This document shows, one piece after another, positions 10,483 through 19,335 of a DNA stretch of 64,000 nucleotides. Below the pieces are notes generated by a model. That model made no database searches, had not been told where the DNA came from, and saw only the letters and a list, made by a program, of their open reading frames with translations. Source of the DNA: Gemmatimonadota bacterium (GTDB lineage: Bacteria; Gemmatimonadota; Gemmatimonadetes; Palauibacterales; KS3-K002); contig JBDHJS010000015.1 of assembly GCA_039586795.1 (NCBI GenBank), forward strand, positions 32,001 to 96,000, in the 5' to 3' direction. A program made the translations under genes and the position numbers. Numbering within the stretch: the first letter of the stretch is position 1; the number at the start of each line of letters is the position of its first letter.

Positions 10483-10998
10483 TCACCGCTCGTAGCGTAT
10501 CGTGATTTCCGTCTTGGCGTCGGGCATGAGCTTGAAGTGGCCGTCCATCAGCTCGCCGATCGCGACCGAAGGGTACGACGCTTCCGAGGCGGTGAAAGGC
10601 TCCCAATCACCCTCGCCCACGTAGAGAACCGGCATCATTCCCCAGGCCTTTGTGAGTTTCCAGTCGGGCAACTTCTCTTGGTAGAACGCCAGCACCTGGT
10701 CTGGAGTGTCTGTGGATAGGAGGCGGATTGTGGGGAGCATCTCCATCATTTCGCCGTTCACCTCCATCCGACTGGCGGGCAACGATTGGATCACGAGGGC
10801 GCCCGGGTAGGGCGGCTGCTCCACGGCGTCGCGTGGCGGTACCTGGCTCTGCTTGATCATCAGGATTTCGATCTGCAGTTCCGGATCATCCGCGCTCGCG
10901 CTAGGAATCTCGATCAGCGGGGCATACGCTTCTTGGGCTGATGCTGCCACAGGCAGGCCAAGGAGTAAGGCTGCAAGTAGCCAAGAGCGGTGCTTCAT
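10483..10998 (-). CDS. Secreted hypothetical protein
   Basis: RBS GAGGAGG, signal peptide (AASA|Q), PYPGA and VLAFYQEKL motifs. Confidence 0.8.
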   Translation of the reverse strand: MKHRSWLLAALLLGLPVAASAQEAYAPLIEIPSASADDPELQIEILMIKQSQVPPRDAVEQPPYPGALVIQSLPASRMEVNGEMMEMLPTIRLLSTDTPDQVLAFYQEKLPDWKLTKAWGMMPVLYVGEGDWEPFTASEASYPSVAIGELMDGHFKLMPDAKTEITIRYER

Positions 10999-11260
10999 GG
11001 TGTCCCTCCTCTGATCTGGGCCAAGTCGCAGGTCGTGCCGGTCAGGTGGGCGTCGGCGACATAGAAGACTAAATATAGAAATTATTGTTGTTGATAACGT
11101 GGTGTGACTGCCGGTGTCAAGAAGTGAATGCGCTGTCCCGCCTTGAGCTTGCCTTGCCGTTGTTGGAGCACGAGATTCAAGCGTCCAATCTCCAATGATC
11201 GCTGCGCCGGCGGCAATTCGCTGGACGGTACATTCATGCTAGAAAAGAACGAGGTCACCG

Positions 11261-14200
11261 ATGCATGCTCGTCGGTTAGCCGTTGCCGCGTTTGTGGTCA
11301 CCGCCCTCGCATCCCCGCATTCGATAGTTGCGCAGACCGGCATGCCACCGGAGAAGGGAGGGACGGTCTACTCGCTGGGCATGCCCCCGGTCTACAAGGG
11401 TGACGCCGCGGCGACGCTCGGCGTCGATCGCCCCGGTTCGGACTCCGAACTAGCGGCACTGTTCAGCATTGGCGTGCACAAGGACCTAATGAGCCCGGTG
11501 GTTGGGCTGGCAGCTTTGGGCCTCGAAGGCTACTTCGGTTACCGCAACCGTGACGTAGACGGCGGCGGCCGGGCGCTGTTCCTGATACCGGCTCTCCATT
11601 TCACCATCGGCGCGGATTACAACATCCCAGACGAGCGATTCGATCTGTTGTTGCGCCTCGAGCTGCCGTTTCGACGCGGGGGCATCCTAGGCCGCGGCAC
11701 ACAAGTTCGTTTCGATTACCTGCCTACACGAGGCAACACGTTCGGTATCGGCATCGACGTACCGCTCTGGGGCCGCAACATCGGGGCGACTCGTCCCAGA
11801 CGCTCGTCAGTGAAGATCCAGAAGCCGCCGCTGCGTGAGATCGAGCCTGAGGAGCGGACTGAAGGTCTCGACGAATCGATACAGCGCTTGTGGGAGGGAG
11901 CGGAGTGGATCGCCAAGCTGGCCGCGCCGTTCACGGACAGGGGCGGCGCGAACCCACAAGAGGCCTACGCCCAGACCGTGGCGCAGCTCCAGGGTCACAT
12001 TGCAGAGACCGGAACGCGATATCCCAACGGACGGTCGTTCAACGAAGAGACCCGCGTATTTCACGACGAGCTCGATCGTGCGTTCTCGATCGCCGCGGCG
12101 GGCCGCAGGCTGTCGGAAGGGGAGAGCAGCGCACTGGGCCGAGCATTGAGCGTTCGAGCTCGGCAGATACTGCTCGACGAAGTGATGTTCCCCTACAACC
12201 GGCTACTCGGCCAGCGCAAGTCACCTGATATCCTCGACCAGTTCGTTGCTGTCGGACACGCCGAGTTCGCCCGTTGGGCAGTATCCGAGTCGGGCGTGCC
12301 GGAGGATCGTCTGCGCGAGACGTTCTTCGTGTTCCAGAGCCTGGTCGACATCGTGGAGCAGGTGCGGGCGCTGCAGCGGGAGCGCTGGAAGGACTCGCGC
12401 TTCGTCTGGCTGCCGCTGCAACTGGGATTGCGGGCCGAGGACCACGACACGCGGGCCGAGCTCGACGATATCATAGAGCGCGCTGTGGATGACCGTTTCA
12501 CGTATGGCAACGGCGTTTGGTACGTGATGAACGAGGAGTTCCAGCTCGAGATGGCTCGCTCGGTTCACCGGGCGGAAGACTACCACGTCCTGTGGATCCA
12601 CGACTTCCGTGGCAATAACGCGGAGGGGGAACCGGACAAGCTCGCCTTCGAGCATGTGGTCGGGTCGTACCTCCGCTCGCTGACACAGCGGGTTAGGGAA
12701 TACGATGAGACAGGCAAGTTGCCGCTCTACTTCATCTTCATCGATCAGCATTACTTTGAGCTGAACAACGCGCGCCGGTGGTTCCGGGTGCTTCGCGAAC
12801 CCATGGACTACGAGTTGAGCCTGCCCAAGGGCTATGAGGCGTGGGAGGAGCGATTGGCCGCCGCCCAGGATAGCTTGCGGCAGGCGGTTGCCGAATCTAG
12901 GGCGCTACAGATCGAGGCCAGCCAGTACGGCGAGAAGTGGCTCAAGAAGCGGATCAAGGTCCACATCAACGTCACCAATCCGGCCGATTTCTCGTTCAAC
13001 AGCTTTCACGTGGCCGGCATCATTCCGGTTCCCGATAACTTAATGCGGGACCACCGTAAGATCGCCTTCTACGACATCACAGAGGAGGATCCCTACAGAG
13101 GGCTCGCCATGTATACCGGTATGGGGATCGGCGAGCACTACGCGGGGGCGAACTGGGAGGACCGGGCGGTCATGGTACAGGGACCCTCGGCACTGGCGGT
13201 AAAGAACGCCGCTCGTCACCTGCTCGAAGCTCAGGGATTCACTCCACAGGAGATCCCGATTCCGCTACGAGCCCTCCCGAAGCCGGCGGACTACGACGCG
13301 AGGGTCGACAGCGTGCGGCGGGAGATTCGAAGCGTATGGGGCGTCGAGACCACTCGCGCATTGGAGCTTCACAACGAGACCGGTTACCAGTCGAAACCGA
13401 TCAACGTGGCGAAAGCCGTTTTATACAGCCTGATGCCGCGGGGGAGCCTGGTGAAGGTCCCGGATTCGCTGTGGCAGAGCTATATCTACGCCTCGCTGCT
13501 GGCGGGCAGCGCGCTGCGGGGCTGCAAGGTATTGATCTACGCTCCATCGTTGGCTTCGGCCCCAAGCAACGCGGGTCCGACCATGGCGAGGGCGCACGGC
13601 CTTTTCAGCGCGCTGGTCTACTTCGCGAACGAGATGGAAGGTGATATTCGAGCGGAGGGTGGGCTGTTCAAGATCGGTCTCTATGCGCCGCGATCTGCCG
13701 TGGGTGACCTGCGCGGCCGTATCCTCCAGGCGCGCTCGCTGGAAACGCCGTGGCTGAGAGAGGTCTATCCCGCTAATCCGGCCATACAGGCGGTGTTAGA
13801 CAGCCTGGACTATATACTGGACGCCGCGGGATACGAGAGCGACTACCTGGTTGCCTCCGATACGACAGAGAGGCCGAAGCTCCATTTGAAGGCGAACTTC
13901 TTCATTACCGACGAGGCCTGGCAGGCGCTGATCCGCCCTCGGGAGTGGGGCCCGTTGATGCATGAGTACGTGGAGTATATGGCACGCATGACAGGCCCTG
14001 CCGACCAGCGTCCGGACGTCCGCGAGATGCCGCAATCGACCCAGGCCGCGGTGATCGACCTGGTCCGAGCGGTCGAGCGTAATCTTCCGGCGGATCAGCG
14101 CGAGCGTGTATTCGCATACCTTACGGTAGGCTCGGCAAACATGGACTACCGCAGCATGGTGATGGACGGCGAGGTGATGGTGACGGTGAGCGGCTGGGAT

Positions 14201-14341
14201 GCGTTGCCGGGACTGCTCGACTTCATCATGCTGGTCGGCTTGTGCGAGTGGATCGACACGCAGGAGGAACTCGACGCTTTGCTGCCGCCGCCGGGAGGGA
14301 TGACGCGGAAGATTGCTAATCTGATGAAGTTGGCTCTTTAG
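11261..14341 (+). CDS. Secreted phospholipase D (HKD) superfamily protein with barrel-like N-terminal region
   Basis: Signal peptide; HRKIAFYD followed by TGMGIGEHY..WED; LHLKANFF and later VGSANMDYRS..DGE. Confidence 0.75.
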   Translation: MHARRLAVAAFVVTALASPHSIVAQTGMPPEKGGTVYSLGMPPVYKGDAAATLGVDRPGSDSELAALFSIGVHKDLMSPVVGLAALGLEGYFGYRNRDVDGGGRALFLIPALHFTIGADYNIPDERFDLLLRLELPFRRGGILGRGTQVRFDYLPTRGNTFGIGIDVPLWGRNIGATRPRRSSVKIQKPPLREIEPEERTEGLDESIQRLWEGAEWIAKLAAPFTDRGGANPQEAYAQTVAQLQGHIAETGTRYPNGRSFNEETRVFHDELDRAFSIAAAGRRLSEGESSALGRALSVRARQILLDEVMFPYNRLLGQRKSPDILDQFVAVGHAEFARWAVSESGVPEDRLRETFFVFQSLVDIVEQVRALQRERWKDSRFVWLPLQLGLRAEDHDTRAELDDIIERAVDDRFTYGNGVWYVMNEEFQLEMARSVHRAEDYHVLWIHDFRGNNAEGEPDKLAFEHVVGSYLRSLTQRVREYDETGKLPLYFIFIDQHYFELNNARRWFRVLREPMDYELSLPKGYEAWEERLAAAQDSLRQAVAESRALQIEASQYGEKWLKKRIKVHINVTNPADFSFNSFHVAGIIPVPDNLMRDHRKIAFYDITEEDPYRGLAMYTGMGIGEHYAGANWEDRAVMVQGPSALAVKNAARHLLEAQGFTPQEIPIPLRALPKPADYDARVDSVRREIRSVWGVETTRALELHNETGYQSKPINVAKAVLYSLMPRGSLVKVPDSLWQSYIYASLLAGSALRGCKVLIYAPSLASAPSNAGPTMARAHGLFSALVYFANEMEGDIRAEGGLFKIGLYAPRSAVGDLRGRILQARSLETPWLREVYPANPAIQAVLDSLDYILDAAGYESDYLVASDTTERPKLHLKANFFITDEAWQALIRPREWGPLMHEYVEYMARMTGPADQRPDVREMPQSTQAAVIDLVRAVERNLPADQRERVFAYLTVGSANMDYRSMVMDGEVMVTVSGWDALPGLLDFIMLVGLCEWIDTQEELDALLPPPGGMTRKIANLMKLAL

Positions 14342-14351
14342 AGGTGGTTTT

Positions 14352-14536
14352 CTATTTCGACAGCCGACAGCCAGTAACCACCGCTCGACGCCCGAGTCCT
14401 ATTCGGCGACCGACGCCCGGCGCCCGACTCTCGACGCCCGGCTACGTCGAGTGATGAGCGTAGAAAGTCGGAAGTCGATCGCTGAATTGTCCTCGAACGT
14501 CGAGCGGCGGCTGTCCGCTGTCGGCTGTCGAAATAG
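14352..14536. repeat. Palindromic intergenic element with 20-bp perfect terminal inverted repeats, copy 1
   Basis: CTATTTCGACAGCCGACAGC (14352-14371) and its exact reverse complement (14517-14536); inner IR CCGCTCGACG/CGTCGAGCGG; 7-nt periodicity. Confidence 0.9.
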
Positions 14537-14657
14537 TCCTACCGACCTTCCCTAGGCATCGGAACCATCTCCTCGGTGTCAGGAGTTGGCCCCTCAGCGT
14601 AGGGCGGCGTGAAAGTACTGGCTTTGATTGTTCGGTGGCGGTCGCTAGGATATCTGC

Positions 14658-15326
14658 GTGGAATTCACACTCATCAGTCTGTTCGGCGCCGGCGTGCTCA
14701 CCAGCCTGACGCCGTGCATCTACCCCATGATCCCGATTACGGTGGGCGTGATCGGCGGCAGCGCGGCAGGCGAAGGAGCATCGCGTAGACGGACCGTTGC
14801 TCTGACGCTCACTTACGTCGCCGGGCTGGCGATGTTCTACGCGATCCTCGGTGTCATCGCCGGATTGACCGGTCACCTGTTCGGTACGATCAGCGCGAAT
14901 TTCTGGGCCCGCTTCGCCATCGGTAATCTGCTGCTCGTATTCGGGCTCGCTATGCTGGACGTGATTCCCGTGTCGGCGCCGGGTCGATTGGTTGCCTGGG
15001 CTTCACGGTTGCGCGGCGGGTCGCTCCCCGCAGTGTTTCTGCTGGGCGCGACATCCGGCATCGTGGCGGCACCGTGCGGGGCACCGGCGTTTGCGGCGGT
15101 GCTGACCTGGGTGGCCGGCACCGGTAGCGCGGTTCTGGGGTTCGTCTATTTGTTCGTGTTCTCGCTGGGCATGACCGCGCTTCTGGTTGTGGTGGGCATA
15201 TTCTCCGGAACGCTGGCGGCGCTGCCTCAGTCGGGTCGCTGGATGCTTTGGATCAAGAAGGCGGCCGGTATCATCATGCTGGGCGTGGCGGAGTACTATT
15301 TCATTCAGGCGGGAATGGTGATTTGA
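14658..15326 (+). CDS. ccdA: CcdA / DsbD transmembrane-domain protein
   Basis: SLTPCIYPMIP and AAPCGAP motifs, about 6 TM helices, GTG start. Confidence 0.88.
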   Translation: MEFTLISLFGAGVLTSLTPCIYPMIPITVGVIGGSAAGEGASRRRTVALTLTYVAGLAMFYAILGVIAGLTGHLFGTISANFWARFAIGNLLLVFGLAMLDVIPVSAPGRLVAWASRLRGGSLPAVFLLGATSGIVAAPCGAPAFAAVLTWVAGTGSAVLGFVYLFVFSLGMTALLVVVGIFSGTLAALPQSGRWMLWIKKAAGIIMLGVAEYYFIQAGMVI

Positions 15327-15844
15327 AGGATCGAAGGTTCTGGGCGTTGTTTCTGTTTGGCGCGTTGTGTTCGGTCCCGATGAGCGGGGCAAGGGCGCAA
15401 GATCAGATCGGCTTGCCCATCGGTGCCACGCCTGAGGCGGTGGAGCTCGAAGACCTTGAGGGCAACAGCGTTGACCTGGGTCGCTACATCGGCAGCGGAA
15501 GTCCGGCTGTACTGGAATTTTGGGCGACCTGGTGCAACAACTGCAAAGAGCTGGAGCATCAGATGCTCGCCGCCTTCAGGAACTACGGCGAGGGAATCGA
15601 GTTCGTCGTCGTCGCCGTTGCCGTGAACCAGAGTCTGCGACGCGTTCGCCGTTACGTAGATGAGAATGAGATGCCGGGGCGCGTGTTGTGGGACGCAAAA
15701 GGAAGAGCGGTCCGCGCCTTCATGGCTCCGGCTACGTCCTATATCGTTGTGATCGATGCAGCCGGCCGCGTCGTCTACACGGGCGTTGGCCCAGAGCAGG
15801 ACATCGACGCGGCCGTTCGAAAGGCGCTCGAGCGACAGGATTGA
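15323..15844 (+). CDS. TlpA-family exported redoxin
   Basis: TTG start overlapping the ccdA stop, signal peptide, EFWATWCNNC, VVIDAAGRVVY. Confidence 0.88.
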   Translation: MKDRRFWALFLFGALCSVPMSGARAQDQIGLPIGATPEAVELEDLEGNSVDLGRYIGSGSPAVLEFWATWCNNCKELEHQMLAAFRNYGEGIEFVVVAVAVNQSLRRVRRYVDENEMPGRVLWDAKGRAVRAFMAPATSYIVVIDAAGRVVYTGVGPEQDIDAAVRKALERQD

Positions 15845-15874
15845 GCGCGACCACCGCCTGCGACTCGGAAGTGA

Positions 15875-16447
15875 CTAGTTGCCCTCAGGCTCCTCCTCCG
15901 GCAACAAGGCGGCGATCGCCTCGCCCAGTTCGGTGTAGGCTGTAGGATCGATCTCCCTGAACGGCACCGCCCGGAACGCGATCTTCCCGTCGGGCCCCAC
16001 TACGAACAGGTTGCGGTTCGTCATGCCGGGGCGTGAGGCCAGGGCGCCGTACATTTCACCGACCTTCGCATCCGGATCGCTGGCCATCAAGAACTGGAAC
16101 TGGTCATCCCGGGCCCACTCGTAAAGAGCTTCTACCGGGTCGGCACTGATGGCAATGAGTATCACGTCTTGCCCGTCGTTGAACAGCTGTGCGTACTGAT
16201 CACGGTACGCATGCATCTGAATTGTTCAACCACGGGTCCGTGCCCTGAAGAAGAACGCCAAGACGATGGTCCTCCCACTGTAATCGCTGAGTCGGACTGG
16301 ATCCTTGAGCTCTCCGTAGCGTGTGGCGCCTCGCAGCTCGAAGTCCGGCGCATCCTGACCGATCTCCAGGGGTGGCGACGTCTGGGCGTGGAGCGGTGCG
16401 GCCCCAGCTATCACCACAGCTGCGAGCGCGGCGAAAAGTCCTTTCAA
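15875..16447 (-). CDS. Exported peroxiredoxin (AhpC/TSA, Bcp-like), probable selenoprotein with in-frame UGA
   Basis: ORFs 16226..16447 and 15875..16216 are in one frame: GQDAPDFEL...VLAFFFRARTRG-UGA-TIQMHAYRD...AISAD...RNLFVVGPDGKI. TTG start with AGGAGG RBS. Confidence 0.88.
16184..16219 (-). promoter_or_regulatory. Candidate bacterial SECIS hairpin
   Basis: On the minus strand just 3' of the UGA: UGCGUAC-CGUGAUCA-GUACGCA perfect 7-bp stem, extendable by UG/CA and CAG/CUG pairs. Confidence 0.65.
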
Positions 16448-16621
16448 GATTGGCCTCCTGTCGCCTCAGTCCGAACGCATGTTGGATAGATATTCAACAT
16501 TCTATTGCCAACCATGGTCCTCTAACAAGCGGCAGTTCTTGGTTGGCCGGCTGTGGCGTCCTTAGATACTTGAGCGAGTTAGAGCGACAAGCTAGGATCA
16601 GTCCTAATCAGGAGGACTTCA

Positions 16622-17770
16622 ATGCGCCACAAACTAGCTTCGTTCGCCATAATAACTGCTGCAGCTATCCTGCTCAGCTGCTCCGACAGCACGGATCCGG
16701 GGCCGCCGGTCTTGCTCGTCGTCACAGTTACCAGCGGTGAGCATGTCGACTTCAACGGATATCGCGTGCTGATCGATGGGGCGTTCCTGGCGTTCATCGG
16801 TGCCCACGACAGCGTCACGTTCGAGGAATTGTCCGGCGATCACGAGGTCGAGCTGGCCGAGCTGGCGGTCAACTGCGACGTGACCGGAGAGAACCCGCGG
16901 GATGCGACCCTGGAGGGTGGCACGACGCGTATCCAGTTCGATGTCAACTGCGAATCACTAATCACCGATCCGTTGGCGTTCGGGAGGATGGGGGCGTCGG
17001 CACCCGATGTGTGGACATGGGACCCGAGCGATGACCAGCCGACCCAGCTGACGACACACGCGGAGTCTGACAACAAGGCGGCGTGGTCGCCGGACGGTAC
17101 CAAGATCGCCTTCGCCTCGATGCGAGATGGTGATCTGGAGATCTACGTCATCAATGCTGACGGTACGGGTCTGACGAACCTGACGAATGCGCCCACGGCC
17201 AGCGACGACAGTCCGACCTGGTCTCCGGACGGCACGCAGATTGCCTTTGCCAGCGTGCGTGGCGGGGTGGCACGCGAGATCTACGTGATGGATTCTGACG
17301 GCGGCAATCAAGTGCGACTGACGAACAACCCGGGCTCGCTGGACGATCGACCCAGCTGGTCACCGGACGGCGCGACGATCGCGTTCGAGACGCTCCGTGA
17401 TGGTGACCTGGAGATCTACCTCATCGATGCCGACGGCACCGATCCACGGAATGTCTCGAACAACCCTGGCTGGCCCGATAGCGATCCCGATTGGTCGCCG
17501 GATGGCACGAAACTCGTCTTTGTGAGCGAGCGCGACGGGAACGCTGAGATCTACGTGATGGACGCTGACGGCTCCAGTCAGACCAACGTTACGAACAGCC
17601 CAACGACGTCCGACGTCGAGCCGTCGTTCTCACCGTCTGGAACGCGTGTGGCGTACGGGACGAATCTGGTCGGGGGCTTCGAGGTGTTCGTCATCGCTAT
17701 CGATGGTTCAGGGATCAACAACCTGACGCGGAGCGCCGCTGCGGACGGCAACCCCGCCTGGCGCCGCTGA
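16622..17770 (+). CDS. Lipoprotein with PD40 (TolB-like beta-propeller) repeats
   Basis: Lipobox LLSC; repeated WSPDG..IAF...RDGD.EIY motifs. Confidence 0.9.
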   Translation: MRHKLASFAIITAAAILLSCSDSTDPGPPVLLVVTVTSGEHVDFNGYRVLIDGAFLAFIGAHDSVTFEELSGDHEVELAELAVNCDVTGENPRDATLEGGTTRIQFDVNCESLITDPLAFGRMGASAPDVWTWDPSDDQPTQLTTHAESDNKAAWSPDGTKIAFASMRDGDLEIYVINADGTGLTNLTNAPTASDDSPTWSPDGTQIAFASVRGGVAREIYVMDSDGGNQVRLTNNPGSLDDRPSWSPDGATIAFETLRDGDLEIYLIDADGTDPRNVSNNPGWPDSDPDWSPDGTKLVFVSERDGNAEIYVMDADGSSQTNVTNSPTTSDVEPSFSPSGTRVAYGTNLVGGFEVFVIAIDGSGINNLTRSAAADGNPAWRR

Positions 17771-17780
17771 CGTTACGGGT

Positions 17781-19280
17781 TCACTTCTCGCAGGTCAGAG
17801 CGGAATCCACGCCCTCAGAGAAGCCGGCTCTCGATCGCAGATCTTCCGGGCCGGCAAAGGGGGCATGGGCTCTGGCCTCGAGCCATGCTCCGACCGCCGC
17901 CTCCTCGATTCCAGGAATGAGACGTATCACTCCCTCCTGAACCGTGTTTGGATCGAACGACAGCGTCCTCGGTTCACCCAAAGCAACCAGCTGGACGTCC
18001 ACGCCGTTTACCTGACAGCGGAACTGGGGTCCGAGGCGCGAGTAGAGGATCATCGGGTCGCTTTCCACTTCCTCACGCCACCGCCGCCGGGCGGCGGCTA
18101 TCTCTTCTCTAAGCAGGTCGCTGAAATCCAGTCGCAACGCAGCCAGGTAATGATCCCGCCACAAGTCTGATGCAGCGGCGTCCACGAAGACGCCGTGCGT
18201 CAGGTCGAGAAAAACGTCGAGTACTTCAGTCGCCTCCTCCGGATACAGGCGGCGGTAGGTCTGGATGTAGTCGACAAGGAAAGGTGAGTCGGCCGATAAC
18301 TGCTGGACCGTAAGCAATTCCGAAAGCACGGAAAGCCCGCGCTTCATACGAGCTCGAACGGTATCCGGTGTTGGAAAGGACCGGCCGTGCGCGAGAAGGC
18401 TGAAGAAGACGCTGGCGTAGAAACCCTCTGACTGGAGAAGCTGATTCGCATCGCGCAGGCTGGAGAAGTCGCGCGCCTTCTCCATCTGTATTCTCAAGTA
18501 GTCCGGCTCCTTATACGCGCTTTGGAAGGCGAAGTTGTTGTCTCGGATCTCGTTGTACCGTGCCACGGTTTGAGAAAAAGTGAGCAGGTCTGCCGAGTGT
18601 TTGAAGTACTCGGCGAGGAAGCCAGGTTGATCACCAAATAGGAACTGACCGTGCCGGTATCTGTTCACCAGCCAAGGTTCCGGCGTGAAATGCGCGACAA
18701 CCGTCTCGAGGTGGATGGCGTAACCCTCGTCAAGTGCGGTCCCGCGGTCAGTCAGTGCAGCCGTAGTATGTGGAATCGCAGCGATGTTGCGGTCGGGAAT
18801 CTCCTGGCCGCCGGCCAGCAACGCCAGCACCATATGGCCGGTCTCGTGAAGCAGCGTCGTGGTAAAGCGCCAGTCCTGAGCATCGAGTATCATGAAGGGC
18901 GTGCGCGGGTGAACTGTGCTCTCGTCGCCTTCAACCAGACGGAAGCCTACTGCGGCGTAGTTGCCCTGGGGCTCCAGCGCGATGTAGTAACGACCGATGT
19001 CATCGGCGGAAATGCCGCGATCGAGTACTTCGGCTACGGCATCCGCGTATAGCGTCAAGGCCCATCGAGCGGAAGCATTGTCGAGCCACGCATGGTACGT
19101 GGCCAACTGAGCAGAATCCTCCACGAGCACATAGGTGGGAAGGTCGTCGCGTGTTGATTCTGCCGGCTCCATGAAGACGATATCGAGGTCCGCTGTTTGC
19201 GCCGGCGCGCCGATAGCGGACAGGCCCAGCGCTACGCAAGTCAGCGGGAGGGTCATCACGCTACGTAGGGTTTTCTCCAC
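17781..19280 (-). CDS. Secreted HExxH metallopeptidase-like protein with C-terminal helix-hairpin-helix-like domain
   Basis: LLHETGH and downstream DEGYA; C-terminus FDPNT..LIPGI..EARAHAPFAGPEDL. GTG start with GAGG RBS. Confidence 0.65.
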   Translation of the reverse strand: MEKTLRSVMTLPLTCVALGLSAIGAPAQTADLDIVFMEPAESTRDDLPTYVLVEDSAQLATYHAWLDNASARWALTLYADAVAEVLDRGISADDIGRYYIALEPQGNYAAVGFRLVEGDESTVHPRTPFMILDAQDWRFTTTLLHETGHMVLALLAGGQEIPDRNIAAIPHTTAALTDRGTALDEGYAIHLETVVAHFTPEPWLVNRYRHGQFLFGDQPGFLAEYFKHSADLLTFSQTVARYNEIRDNNFAFQSAYKEPDYLRIQMEKARDFSSLRDANQLLQSEGFYASVFFSLLAHGRSFPTPDTVRARMKRGLSVLSELLTVQQLSADSPFLVDYIQTYRRLYPEEATEVLDVFLDLTHGVFVDAAASDLWRDHYLAALRLDFSDLLREEIAAARRRWREEVESDPMILYSRLGPQFRCQVNGVDVQLVALGEPRTLSFDPNTVQEGVIRLIPGIEEAAVGAWLEARAHAPFAGPEDLRSRAGFSEGVDSALTCEK

Positions 19281-19335
19281 CGATAGATCCTCGCTGTGGT
19301 TGTTAGCACGGCGTGTAATCGAGGTAAGCTCGAGT

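Noticed and set aside
15842..15844. Selenocysteine read-through at other UGA stops (TlpA, TrxC, Prx6)
   Set aside because: These proteins are already complete at the stop and the UGA is not in a redox-motif position.
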